Source: an uncultured Bacteroides sp.
GTDB taxonomy: Bacteria; Bacteroidota; Bacteroidia; Bacteroidales; GCA-2748055
Direction of reading: 5' to 3'
NCBI GenBank assembly: GCA_964601975.1
Contig: CAZRPW010000001.1
Location: 93,968-157,967 of the forward strand
Length of the DNA: 64,000 bases
Of the stretch, positions 30,052-37,778 are shown piece by piece (within the stretch, counting starts at the first letter, position 1; the number at the start of each line of letters is the position of its first letter). Under the pieces are notes generated by a model. The model ran no database searches. It had not been told where the DNA came from and saw only the letters and a program-made list of their open reading frames with translations. The position numbers and the translations under genes are program-made.

Positions 30052-31572
30052 CTAATCAAACAGGGATTTAACCGGGTAGCCGGCTTCTCTTTCTGCAGCC
30101 CTGCGATCCCAATCCGGGGTAACGCTTCTCAGAAATTCATTCTTTTCAGCTTCCAGCGCAGCCCTGTCCATGCCAATAAATGCCTGGGCCTTTTCCTTGG
30201 TGGAGACATCGGGGTAGGGAACTTCGCCCGTGTATCCCAGTGAATACAGCAGCCTGCTCAACTTTAGCCTGCCCTCCTGGGCAATATTTATTCCTGTGCT
30301 AATCACCCTTGATATTTCAACCGGAGAATGGAAGGATGCACCATGACTGGCGGCTGCGTAGTCCCATCTCCACTGGGCATGCCTGATATCGGTAAGTACC
30401 GGAGCCATCTGTTCCTGATCTGCACCCTTATCCCAGGCCAGTTTTGCCTCCACATGGCATCGGACCAGGAGCTCTTCAAGTTTGTTGCGGTTCTCTATGA
30501 CCCTGTCCTGCCGTTCATAAACATCGTTGATTAAGCGCGCTGTTTCTTCCCTGTGACATACCTGGCAAGAGTTGGCCACATTGTTGAGGGGACTTTGAAC
30601 ATGGTGATCGGTATATTTCTGCCCACCTTCACTCATGAAAGGCATGTGACAGTCAGCGCAGGAGACCCCGCGGCTTGCATGAACCCCGGTCATATAGGTC
30701 TCATAGCCCGGATGCTGAGCCTTCAGCATGGGTGCCTTACTCAGCTTGTGGGTCCAGTCGGAAAATTCAATGTCATCGTAATACGCTTCCATAGCTTCCG
30801 CAGAAAAACCATGGTCCCATGGAAAGGTAAGGTAGGGTACACCCTCAATCTTCTTTTTATTGAAATAATATTCTACATGGCACTGGGCGCATACAAGAGA
30901 CCTCATCTCCTGGTGGGAAGCACTTTCAATATCCTTTCCCATTCTGTCGAATGCTTCTATCAGCGCTGGACGAGAGATCTGAAGCTCCATGGTGGCAGCA
31001 TCGTGACAATCGGCACATCCAATGCTGTTTACGATTTCATGGCCTTTTTCTTCCCAGTTGCCTTTGTAAAACTCGGCCGGGCCCATTTCTTTCATCAGCC
31101 GGGGGACATCGGGTCCCTTACAGGTCCAGCAGGTGTTAGGCATGGGGCTGGGTTTCCCATCCATTGGGGCTCCGGTTCTCAGGGTGTTCCTTATATCGGT
31201 AATCGCGTAGGAATGTCCCCGTCCCTGATTGTAATCCTGGGAGAAGCCATAGCCTGCCCATAGCACCACAAGGCGGGGATCCTCTTCAAGCATGTCAATG
31301 GTAGCCGAACCGTTGTATTTACTCCTGAATACTGTGTCGGATGTCTGTTTGTAGCTCTGATACTCCATAGGGAAATTTTTCCCCCATACCTCGTTCCGTG
31401 GTTCGAAGTCGGCATAGCGTACCTGTGGTGTAAATGCAAATGCTGCTTCAGATCGTCTCTCAATGATGGAGGAGGCAAGAAGGCCAAGAAGAAATACGAT
31501 TACCATGCTGGCCAGGAAAAGGATCCAGCCCAGCCATGGCTTTTGTTGAATCTGAGTGCCGATTGGTTTCAT
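30052..31572 (-). CDS. nrfA: Pentahaem cytochrome c nitrite reductase (ammonia-forming)
   Basis: The diagnostic CWTCK (CxxCK) haem motif plus four CxxCH motifs (CADCH, CAQCH, CADCH, CQVCH). Start taken at ATG 31572 (MKPIGTQIQQKPWLGW, signal anchor) so that nrfH is not overlapped; the ORF track extends to 31677. Confidence 0.92.
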   Translation of the reverse strand: MKPIGTQIQQKPWLGWILFLASMVIVFLLGLLASSIIERRSEAAFAFTPQVRYADFEPRNEVWGKNFPMEYQSYKQTSDTVFRSKYNGSATIDMLEEDPRLVVLWAGYGFSQDYNQGRGHSYAITDIRNTLRTGAPMDGKPSPMPNTCWTCKGPDVPRLMKEMGPAEFYKGNWEEKGHEIVNSIGCADCHDAATMELQISRPALIEAFDRMGKDIESASHQEMRSLVCAQCHVEYYFNKKKIEGVPYLTFPWDHGFSAEAMEAYYDDIEFSDWTHKLSKAPMLKAQHPGYETYMTGVHASRGVSCADCHMPFMSEGGQKYTDHHVQSPLNNVANSCQVCHREETARLINDVYERQDRVIENRNKLEELLVRCHVEAKLAWDKGADQEQMAPVLTDIRHAQWRWDYAAASHGASFHSPVEISRVISTGINIAQEGRLKLSRLLYSLGYTGEVPYPDVSTKEKAQAFIGMDRAALEAEKNEFLRSVTPDWDRRAAEREAGYPVKSLFD

Positions 31573-31609
31573 TCGTTTATTTTTTAAATTTATACCTGAG
31601 GACTTAGGG

Positions 31610-32194
31610 TTACTGTTTTTCCCTTGCTTTTTTAAACCAGCGCGGAACGGTGCTTCCCTGAACGGGAACCCGGGCATAGGGGACGCTGGAAAGGCTATTT
31701 ACCCTGCCATGGGGCGTTTCCCTGTGACACTCCCAGCACGGTCTCTCCATTCTGGCGTGATAACCCTCAGTACTGTAATTCATTGATTTTTCGTCGGTGA
31801 GCAGATCGGAGTGGCACCGGATACAGTTATCCTGCACAACCCGTTTCCCTTCCTCCTTGATCATGATGACCTGGGGTTCGTTCCGGAGGGTAAAAACTGT
31901 GGCATGTCTGAGCCCGTCCTTTGCCTTGAAAAAGTATTTAATTGCTGCATTCTGGTGGGGGACATGACAGTCGTTGCAGTTGGTCTTCTCCCTGTGCGAA
32001 CTGTGGTTCCAGGTGGCATACTGGGGAGCCATGATGTGGCAGTTCATACAGGCGGAAGGATCGTCCGACAAATATGAATAGGCCCTGGATATATAGAAAA
32101 CATAAAAAAACAGCCCGGCCAGCAGCCCCGATAAAATGATTACCGGAATTCTCCATTTCAGGGGAGGAGCCAGTTTTTTAAATAGTTTAAGCAT
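31610..32194 (-). CDS. nrfH: Tetrahaem NapC/NirT-family quinol dehydrogenase, nitrite reductase small subunit
   Basis: 194 aa. An N-terminal TM helix and four CxxCH motifs (CMNCH, CNDCH, CIRCH, CWECH). Immediately upstream of nrfA. Confidence 0.88.
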   Translation of the reverse strand: MLKLFKKLAPPLKWRIPVIILSGLLAGLFFYVFYISRAYSYLSDDPSACMNCHIMAPQYATWNHSSHREKTNCNDCHVPHQNAAIKYFFKAKDGLRHATVFTLRNEPQVIMIKEEGKRVVQDNCIRCHSDLLTDEKSMNYSTEGYHARMERPCWECHRETPHGRVNSLSSVPYARVPVQGSTVPRWFKKAREKQ

Positions 32195-32510
32195 TCTCCC
32201 CCCTTGTTTTGATTACAAGCAGCTGAAGTTCCTCTTGTCCGGTATTTTGCCAGAATCTACTGCGTCCTGCCTCTACTGCAATGCTCTGGCTTGTTAAAAG
32301 GTGGTGAACTTTCCCCTCCACATTGAGTTCTCCCTCACCCTGAAGCAGGAAGAATATAATTCTCCAATCGTTTATATGATCGTCGATTGATGCCCCCGGG
32401 TCAAGATGGATCCTGATGAGTTCGTGGTTACTAAATTGTTGAAGCAACCAGGCATCCTGTGGGATAGGAAGTTTTATGGCATTTTCTGTGTCTGTCGGAT
32501 TCTGATACAT
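32187..32510 (-). CDS. Small cupin-domain protein
   Basis: 107 aa with a cupin-like beta-barrel pattern (LDPGASIDDH ... FFLLQGEGELNVEG) and an incomplete metal-ligand set. Its stop overlaps the nrfH start by 8 nt. Confidence 0.55.
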   Translation of the reverse strand: MYQNPTDTENAIKLPIPQDAWLLQQFSNHELIRIHLDPGASIDDHINDWRIIFFLLQGEGELNVEGKVHHLLTSQSIAVEAGRSRFWQNTGQEELQLLVIKTRGENA

Positions 32511-32525
32511 TGATCAATTTTAAGT

Positions 32526-33449
32526 TTAAATCCACTCCTCTTTCAGTATCTCTCCTTCTGCACTTACGATGACTATTTTCACAGGAACCTTTCTGCTGGC
32601 CTGACTGAGAGCGGTGTTTACCATTTTTATGAGTCCGCCGCAGCAGGGAACCTGCATCATCATCACCGTTAAGGTATTGATTTTCGCATCATCCACCAAG
32701 GATTTGATCTTGGCAATATAGGATTCATGTCCGTCGTCCAGTTTGGGACAGGCAATGGCAAGGCTTTTCCCCTTCAGCCATTTGGAATGGAAATTGCCCA
32801 GGGAGAATCCCACGCAGTCGGCTGCCAGGACCATATCAGACTGGCGGAAATATGAAGCGGTTGGATTAATTAGGTGCATCTGAACCGGCCACTGCCTCAG
32901 TTCGGAGGCTTGATCTGCATTGGCAGGATTGGAAAAAACCGGATTGACAGGAGCCATGGTAATGGGGACAACAGATACCGGTTGACCTGCAGCAGACTGC
33001 GGGGTGAAACTTCGGGCTTCTGAACCGGGGCATCCACAGGCCAATTGTTCTTCCTCAATATGTGAGCGGTGAACCCGGCCAAGTACTTCCCTGACATCAA
33101 AGTCCAGCTCGTCTTCATGATCTCTCAGGTATTTAACTCCTTCTCCCAGGAATTCCATCTCGTTGTGCTCTTTCATGTGCGAGAGATGGGCTACAACGGT
33201 ATTTGCACCCTTGCTTACCATAATCTCCATTACTTTTGTTTCGTTATAAGATTCAGCCTCTCTCTTTTCGATGGTTATTGCACCCTGGGGACAGTGTCCC
33301 AGGCAGGCGCCCAGACCATCGCACATCAGGTCGCTCACCAGCCTGGCTTTTCCGTCAATAATTTGCAATGCTCCCTCATGGCAGTTCGGTATACACTGTG
33401 CGCATCCGTCACATAAGTCCTCGTCAATTTTTACCATTTCCCGTATCAT
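32526..33449 (-). CDS. 4Fe-4S dicluster domain protein with a Cys-rich C-terminal domain of unknown function
   Basis: 307 aa. The N-terminus CDGCAQCIPNC ... CDGLGACLGHCP holds two ferredoxin-type clusters. The C-terminal half carries ADCVGF, IACPKLDD and VPCCGGL motifs. First gene of the nrf operon. Confidence 0.7.
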   Translation of the reverse strand: MIREMVKIDEDLCDGCAQCIPNCHEGALQIIDGKARLVSDLMCDGLGACLGHCPQGAITIEKREAESYNETKVMEIMVSKGANTVVAHLSHMKEHNEMEFLGEGVKYLRDHEDELDFDVREVLGRVHRSHIEEEQLACGCPGSEARSFTPQSAAGQPVSVVPITMAPVNPVFSNPANADQASELRQWPVQMHLINPTASYFRQSDMVLAADCVGFSLGNFHSKWLKGKSLAIACPKLDDGHESYIAKIKSLVDDAKINTLTVMMMQVPCCGGLIKMVNTALSQASRKVPVKIVIVSAEGEILKEEWI

Positions 33450-33455
33450 AGCAAT

Positions 33456-33550
33456 AAGTCTGTAAAGTCTGTAAAGTTTGTAAAGTCTGTAAAGTCTGTA
33501 AAGTCTGTAAAGTTTGTAAAGTCCGTAAAGTCTGTAAAGTCTGTAAAGTT
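33456..33550. repeat. Tandem 9-bp array, 10 full units plus a partial (plus strand TGTAAAGTC/TGTAAAGTT)
   Basis: Read directly: aagtc tgtaaagtc tgtaaagtt tgtaaagtc tgtaaagtc tgtaaagtc tgtaaagtt tgtaaagtc cgtaaagtc tgtaaagtc tgtaaagtt. The array ends 6 nt from the ATG (33449) of the FeS-protein gene. Confidence 0.95.
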
Positions 33551-33573
33551 AAAGGGCTTTAAAGGTTCTGGTA

Positions 33574-33581
33574 CAAAGATG
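33574..33581 (-). promoter_or_regulatory. Weak candidate -7 box (CATCTTTG, one mismatch to TAnnTTTG) for the nrf operon
   Basis: Reverse complement of caaagatg. It lies between the palindrome (centre about 34 bp upstream) and the 9-bp array. Confidence 0.25.
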
Positions 33582-33604
33582 TAGGGTGTTTTGGGTTTTA
33601 TTCG

Positions 33605-33618
33605 GTAACAATTGTTAC
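33605..33618. promoter_or_regulatory. Perfect 14-bp palindrome GTAACAATTGTTAC (5-4-5 inverted repeat); candidate Crp/Fnr-family operator
   Basis: Read directly. It lies in the divergent control region between the nrf operon and the VTC operon. The 5-N4-5 geometry is the FNR-type spacing, and a Crp/Fnr regulator is encoded 3.4 kb away. Confidence 0.5.
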
Positions 33619-33704
33619 AGGCGCATATGTTTTTCGGGCTAATTCGCAGATTTTCCGCATAAAAGTCATATTTATTCGTTACAATTTATTGAAAAGAATT
33701 TTAC

Positions 33705-33712
33705 TATTTTTG
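33705..33712 (+). promoter_or_regulatory. Candidate -7 promoter box (TATTTTTG) for the lipoprotein-VTC operon
   Basis: Perfect TAnnTTTG match 25 nt upstream of ATG 33737. It lies downstream of the track's ATG at 33689, which argues for 33737 as the true start. Confidence 0.4.
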
Positions 33713-33736
33713 ATGGCAGATTTTAATAAATATTCT

Positions 33737-34504
33737 ATGGGATTCAAAAAGCTAAAAGCACACCCCAGCTCGAGGGTGGCAGTTTCTGTATTGTTTGTAT
33801 TTGCAGGTGTTGTAATGAGTTCCTGTGAAAAGAATGAAGGAATGGGAGGAACCGGTTCTATTTCCGGAACCATTGTAGAACAGTTTTACAACAAAGATTT
33901 TTCAGAGGCCTTCCATAGCAGTCCGGCCGTGGACGAAGATGTTTTCATTCTCTTTGGAGATGATAGCACTCCGGGCGATCGGGTCATCACAGGCGTAACA
34001 GGCGAATTTCGATTTGATTATCTCTATCCCGGATCCTATGTCATTTACTACCAGACAGACGATTCAGTCAACGTTTCCGGAGATGAATGGCTCACCTACG
34101 AGGTTGAACTTGAGAATGGTCAGGAGCTGGATCTGGGTGAACTTGAGAAAATGAATGCACTTGATTATGATGATGGTACATCTGTGATCGGTGGTGTGGT
34201 GGAGAAAACCAAGTACGATAATGATTCAAAATGGCCCAACCTGGTTTGGAAGTATACCGATTTTGCGCACGATCATGAGGTCTTTCTTCTTTATGGTGAC
34301 GATGAGTATTATAGTGAACGTATTAGGACTTCCTATGATGGCTATTTTGAATTCAGCAATTTGATTCCCGGGGATTACCTGGTTTTTCTGTATTCAGAAG
34401 ATGTTACCAAGGTGACTGAACATGTGGTTCTGAAATACGAGGTGACCATAACAGAATTTGGCCAGGTTATTGATCTGGGTACAATAGCTATTGAAGAAAT
34501 TTAA
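33737..34504 (+). CDS. Lipoprotein with two carboxypeptidase-regulatory-like (prealbumin-fold) domains
   Basis: Signal and lipobox ...VLFVFAGVVMSSC. Two copies of the pattern (I/S)GG/T..V ... G.F.F..L.PG.Y (GEFRFDYLYPGSYVIYY and GYFEFSNLIPGDYLVFLY). Confidence 0.6.
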   Translation: MGFKKLKAHPSSRVAVSVLFVFAGVVMSSCEKNEGMGGTGSISGTIVEQFYNKDFSEAFHSSPAVDEDVFILFGDDSTPGDRVITGVTGEFRFDYLYPGSYVIYYQTDDSVNVSGDEWLTYEVELENGQELDLGELEKMNALDYDDGTSVIGGVVEKTKYDNDSKWPNLVWKYTDFAHDHEVFLLYGDDEYYSERIRTSYDGYFEFSNLIPGDYLVFLYSEDVTKVTEHVVLKYEVTITEFGQVIDLGTIAIEEI

Positions 34505-34510
34505 AATCCT

Positions 34511-34927
34511 ATGGAGATGAAAATGCCTTATAAATTATTGTTATTATGCCTTGCTTTAGGCCTGACTGCCTCTGTTTCTGCCCAGGACCGGAAAGATATA
34601 AGGGATCGGGGGATTGTTTCCCGGACCGTAAATGAGTATTTTATCGAAGAGGGAATAAAGGAACCACTTATTGAGTCCTTCCAGCGGTATAATAAGGACG
34701 GGGAAGTCATAGAGCTCAAGGAGTTTAATAAGCGTGGGGAAATCACTCGCTGGGAAAAATATTCCTATGATGAGGACCGCAATCTTATCGAAGAGCAGTT
34801 TCTGGATGAAAAAGGAAATGTGACCGGGACCGAAAAAAATATTTATGAGGATGGTCTCAGGGTTGAAAAGCAATATTTCAACGAACGAAACAAGCTTTAT
34901 AAAAAGAAGGTCTACGTTTATGAGTAA
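34511..34927 (+). CDS. Small secreted repeat protein, function unknown
   Basis: 138 aa. Signal peptide LLLLCLALGLTASVSAQ. Lys/Glu-rich short repeats (KDGEVIELKEF, KRGEITRWEKY, EKGNVTGTEKN). The stop overlaps the next gene's start (ATGAGTAA). Confidence 0.5.
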   Translation: MEMKMPYKLLLLCLALGLTASVSAQDRKDIRDRGIVSRTVNEYFIEEGIKEPLIESFQRYNKDGEVIELKEFNKRGEITRWEKYSYDEDRNLIEEQFLDEKGNVTGTEKNIYEDGLRVEKQYFNERNKLYKKKVYVYE

Positions 34928-35708
34928 TGTTGAAAGCATAAAATCTTCACTTTCCGGACTGGGGGCAATCTCTCTGAAAGAGGTTCAGAAAGCCAGCCTG
35001 ATGCGCAGAAAGGACAGTAAATATGTTTTCGACGTGGGAATGCTCCCTGCTTTGCTGGAAAAGGTTTCGGCCGACTACCGGGTAATGGAAATCGAGGGGG
35101 TCAGGGCCCAGAATTATCAGACCTTTTATTACGATACCCCGGAATTTGATATGTATTTCAAGCACCACAGGGGAATTGTAAACCGCCACAAGATCAGGTT
35201 CAGAAAATACGGTACTTCAAATGATATCTTCCTGGAGGTGAAGAAAAAGAATGCAAAAGGTGTTACCGTCAAAAACAGGATGGAAGCAGCAAATGGTGAG
35301 ATGTCTATTCAAAGCACTGAGGAGGAGTTCCTGAATGAGTATACCCCCTTTGCATGTGACCAGATTATTCCTGTACTTGAGAATAGCTTCAATCGTATTA
35401 CCCTGGTAAATGCAACACAGACCGAGAGGATTACCCTGGATTTTAATCTCTGGTTTTCCAGCACCTTAACAGATAACAGTATCGAGGTCCCCGGTGTAGC
35501 CATTGCCGAGATCAAATACGGAGATCACCTTGCCGGATCAATATTTCATGCAGCCTTGCGGGAGGTGAAAATTACTCCCGGGCGTATTAGTAAGTATTGC
35601 ATCGGAATGGCCCTGCTGAACCCTGATCTGAAGCAGAATCTCTTCAAGCAGAAGGTTCGGAAGTTCAGTAAAATCAACAATAACTATCTGCAATCAATAA
35701 AAAACTAG
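34920..35708 (+). CDS. VTC-domain (polyphosphate-polymerase-like, triphosphate-tunnel fold) protein
   Basis: Start at the internal ATG 34920 (MSNVESIK...). RRKDSKYVF, TFYYDTPEFDMY, HKIRFRKYG and IFLEVKKKNAKGVTVKNR match my recollection of the bacterial VTC-domain consensus. Confidence 0.72.
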   Translation: MSNVESIKSSLSGLGAISLKEVQKASLMRRKDSKYVFDVGMLPALLEKVSADYRVMEIEGVRAQNYQTFYYDTPEFDMYFKHHRGIVNRHKIRFRKYGTSNDIFLEVKKKNAKGVTVKNRMEAANGEMSIQSTEEEFLNEYTPFACDQIIPVLENSFNRITLVNATQTERITLDFNLWFSSTLTDNSIEVPGVAIAEIKYGDHLAGSIFHAALREVKITPGRISKYCIGMALLNPDLKQNLFKQKVRKFSKINNNYLQSIKN

Positions 35709-35711
35709 CCC

Positions 35712-36374
35712 ATGCCTGAATTTTTAAATATCGAAATAATTAACTGGGAGGATTTCCTCGATTTGATTCTCAGAACCACCTTTAATTTAAGTGTGATTCT
35801 AATACTTGTAAGGTACCTGTACTACCGTATAACTCCCCGGAAGGACTACCTCTTCACCTACATTTTGATCAGTCTGGTAGTCTTTTTTATGGTTTTCCTG
35901 CTGGAGAATATTAAGATAGAGCTGGGATTTGCCCTTGGACTTTTTGCCATTTTTGGAATTATAAGGTACAGGACCCGGCAGATTCCCATCCGGGAAATGA
36001 CCTATCTTTTCCTTGTAATCGGTATTTCGGTTATCAATGCCCTGGCCAACAAAAAGGTCAGTTATGCCGAATTGGTCTTTACCAACTTTGCTGTTCTGGC
36101 GGTAACCTACCTGCTTGAAAAGGTATTTCTGCTTAAGCATGAATCTAAAAAGGTAATCAATTACGAGAATGTGGAGCTAATTAAGCCGGAAAAGCGTGAA
36201 GAACTGATCAGGGATCTGGAGTTCAGGACTGGCCTTGATATAACCCGGGTCGAGATTGGACGGATCGATTACCTGAGGGATTCGGCGAGGATATATATAT
36301 ATTATTTTGAGAAAGACTGGACCAGCATCAATGATTCTGACCAGGTTATGATGGATGATGGTGACGATGATTAA
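35712..36374 (+). CDS. DUF4956-family polytopic membrane protein
   Basis: 220 aa with about 5 TM segments. The motif LGLFAIFGIIRYRTRQIPIREMTYLF resembles the (S/G)I(V/I)R(F/Y)RT signature I associate with DUF4956. Soluble C-terminal domain with an acidic tail DDGDDD. It is the usual neighbour of bacterial VTC-domain genes. Confidence 0.68.
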   Translation: MPEFLNIEIINWEDFLDLILRTTFNLSVILILVRYLYYRITPRKDYLFTYILISLVVFFMVFLLENIKIELGFALGLFAIFGIIRYRTRQIPIREMTYLFLVIGISVINALANKKVSYAELVFTNFAVLAVTYLLEKVFLLKHESKKVINYENVELIKPEKREELIRDLEFRTGLDITRVEIGRIDYLRDSARIYIYYFEKDWTSINDSDQVMMDDGDDD

Positions 36375-37053
36375 GGGATTCAGGACCATATTGCTATTGT
36401 TTTTGCTGTTGTTTGTGTGCACTGGTTTGAGCCTGCATGCCCAGCAGAAAGATTTCCAGTCCTGGTATAAGGCTGAGCTTAAAGCAGGGTTAAAAAACGG
36501 GGTCAGTGTGTGGGGTGAACTGGGACAACGCTTCAGAAATAATAGTTTGCAATACGATCGTTCATTTGTAACCGTGGGTGCTTCCTACTCTGCTTCTGAG
36601 TATCTAAAAACCGGAGGGGGGCTTAGATTCCTAGTGGCCTCGGACAAGGAAGGGATGATGAGTCCCAAGTACAGGATTCATGCGGATGCCACAGGCAGTT
36701 ATGCTTTCGGGGATGTGGAAGTTTCAATGCGGATGAGGGTCCAGTATGGTTTTGAAGAGTTTCTCTATTTCACAAACGTGTGGGACAATGTTTTTGCCGG
36801 CAGAACCAGGCTGAAAGCAGACTATCATGTATATGGTACCCGGATTAATCTCTTTGCTTCAATGGAACCCTGGGGTTTGTTTAACAACCTGGATGGGCGT
36901 TATTTTAAAAAGATTCGTTATTCCGCGGGTGCTACCTACAGCCTGAATTTTGATTCAGAGCTCAGTCTTCGCTATATCCTGGAGGATGAGTTTAATCAGA
37001 CCAACCCTCTTCAGTCGCATATAATTGCCTTAGGATACTACTTAGATTTATAA
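36355..37053 (+). CDS. Putative outer-membrane beta-barrel protein (DUF2490-like)
   Basis: 232 aa. Signal peptide, alternating amphipathic beta-strand pattern, aromatic C-terminal residue context (GYYLDL). The family name is recalled from memory only. Confidence 0.45.
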   Translation: MMVTMIKGFRTILLLFLLLFVCTGLSLHAQQKDFQSWYKAELKAGLKNGVSVWGELGQRFRNNSLQYDRSFVTVGASYSASEYLKTGGGLRFLVASDKEGMMSPKYRIHADATGSYAFGDVEVSMRMRVQYGFEEFLYFTNVWDNVFAGRTRLKADYHVYGTRINLFASMEPWGLFNNLDGRYFKKIRYSAGATYSLNFDSELSLRYILEDEFNQTNPLQSHIIALGYYLDL

Positions 37054-37057
37054 ATAT

Positions 37058-37756
37058 ATGACCAAGTCCAGGTTCCTGTCAGAAGAGGAGATATCCCTAT
37101 TGACTGCTTCTCCTGTTTTTACAGGCTTAAGGGAATCTGAAGTGAAGGCATTGCTGGATGAAAGTTCATTCAGGATTAATGAATTCGGCAAAGGAGAATT
37201 GATAGCCAGTGCCGGTGACGAGGTTCATTTTCAGCGTATAGTTATCTCGGGTAGTGTGAAGGGAGAGATGGAGGATTTTACAGGGAAGGTTATAAAAATT
37301 GAGGATATTCAGCCTCCCCGGCCTGTGGCTGCTGCTTTTTTGTTCGGGAACCAGAACAGCTACCCCGTGAATATCATTGCCAACGAATCCACCCGTATCC
37401 TTTCCATCCCCAAGGATTCTTTTTTGAGCATGATGCAGCGTAATGGCAAGGTGCTTGAAAATTTCCTGCATGCTGTGTCAAGCCGCGGACAGTTTCTTTC
37501 AGGAAAGATCAGGTTTCTCTCCTTTTCAACCATTAAGGGGAAGATTGCTCAATTTTTGCTTGATCTTTCTTCCCGCCAGGGGAGTGATACCCTGATGCTG
37601 CCTATGTCTCAATCTCAGCTTTCCGAACTGTTCGGTGTAACCCGTCCTTCCATCGGAAGGGCCATGGGGGAGATGAATCGCGATGGACTTATCCGCACCG
37701 ATGGGAAGCTGGTAAGTATACTGAACAAACCCGAACTCCTGAGACTATTGAAATAG
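37058..37756 (+). CDS. Crp/Fnr family transcriptional regulator
   Basis: 232 aa. An N-terminal cNMP-binding-like beta-barrel and a C-terminal HTH (SQSQLSELFGVTRPSIGRAMGEMNRDGLI). The start is 4 nt after the preceding gene's stop. Confidence 0.85.
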   Translation: MTKSRFLSEEEISLLTASPVFTGLRESEVKALLDESSFRINEFGKGELIASAGDEVHFQRIVISGSVKGEMEDFTGKVIKIEDIQPPRPVAAAFLFGNQNSYPVNIIANESTRILSIPKDSFLSMMQRNGKVLENFLHAVSSRGQFLSGKIRFLSFSTIKGKIAQFLLDLSSRQGSDTLMLPMSQSQLSELFGVTRPSIGRAMGEMNRDGLIRTDGKLVSILNKPELLRLLK

Positions 37757-37778
37757 TTCTCAGTGGTCAGTCCACAGT

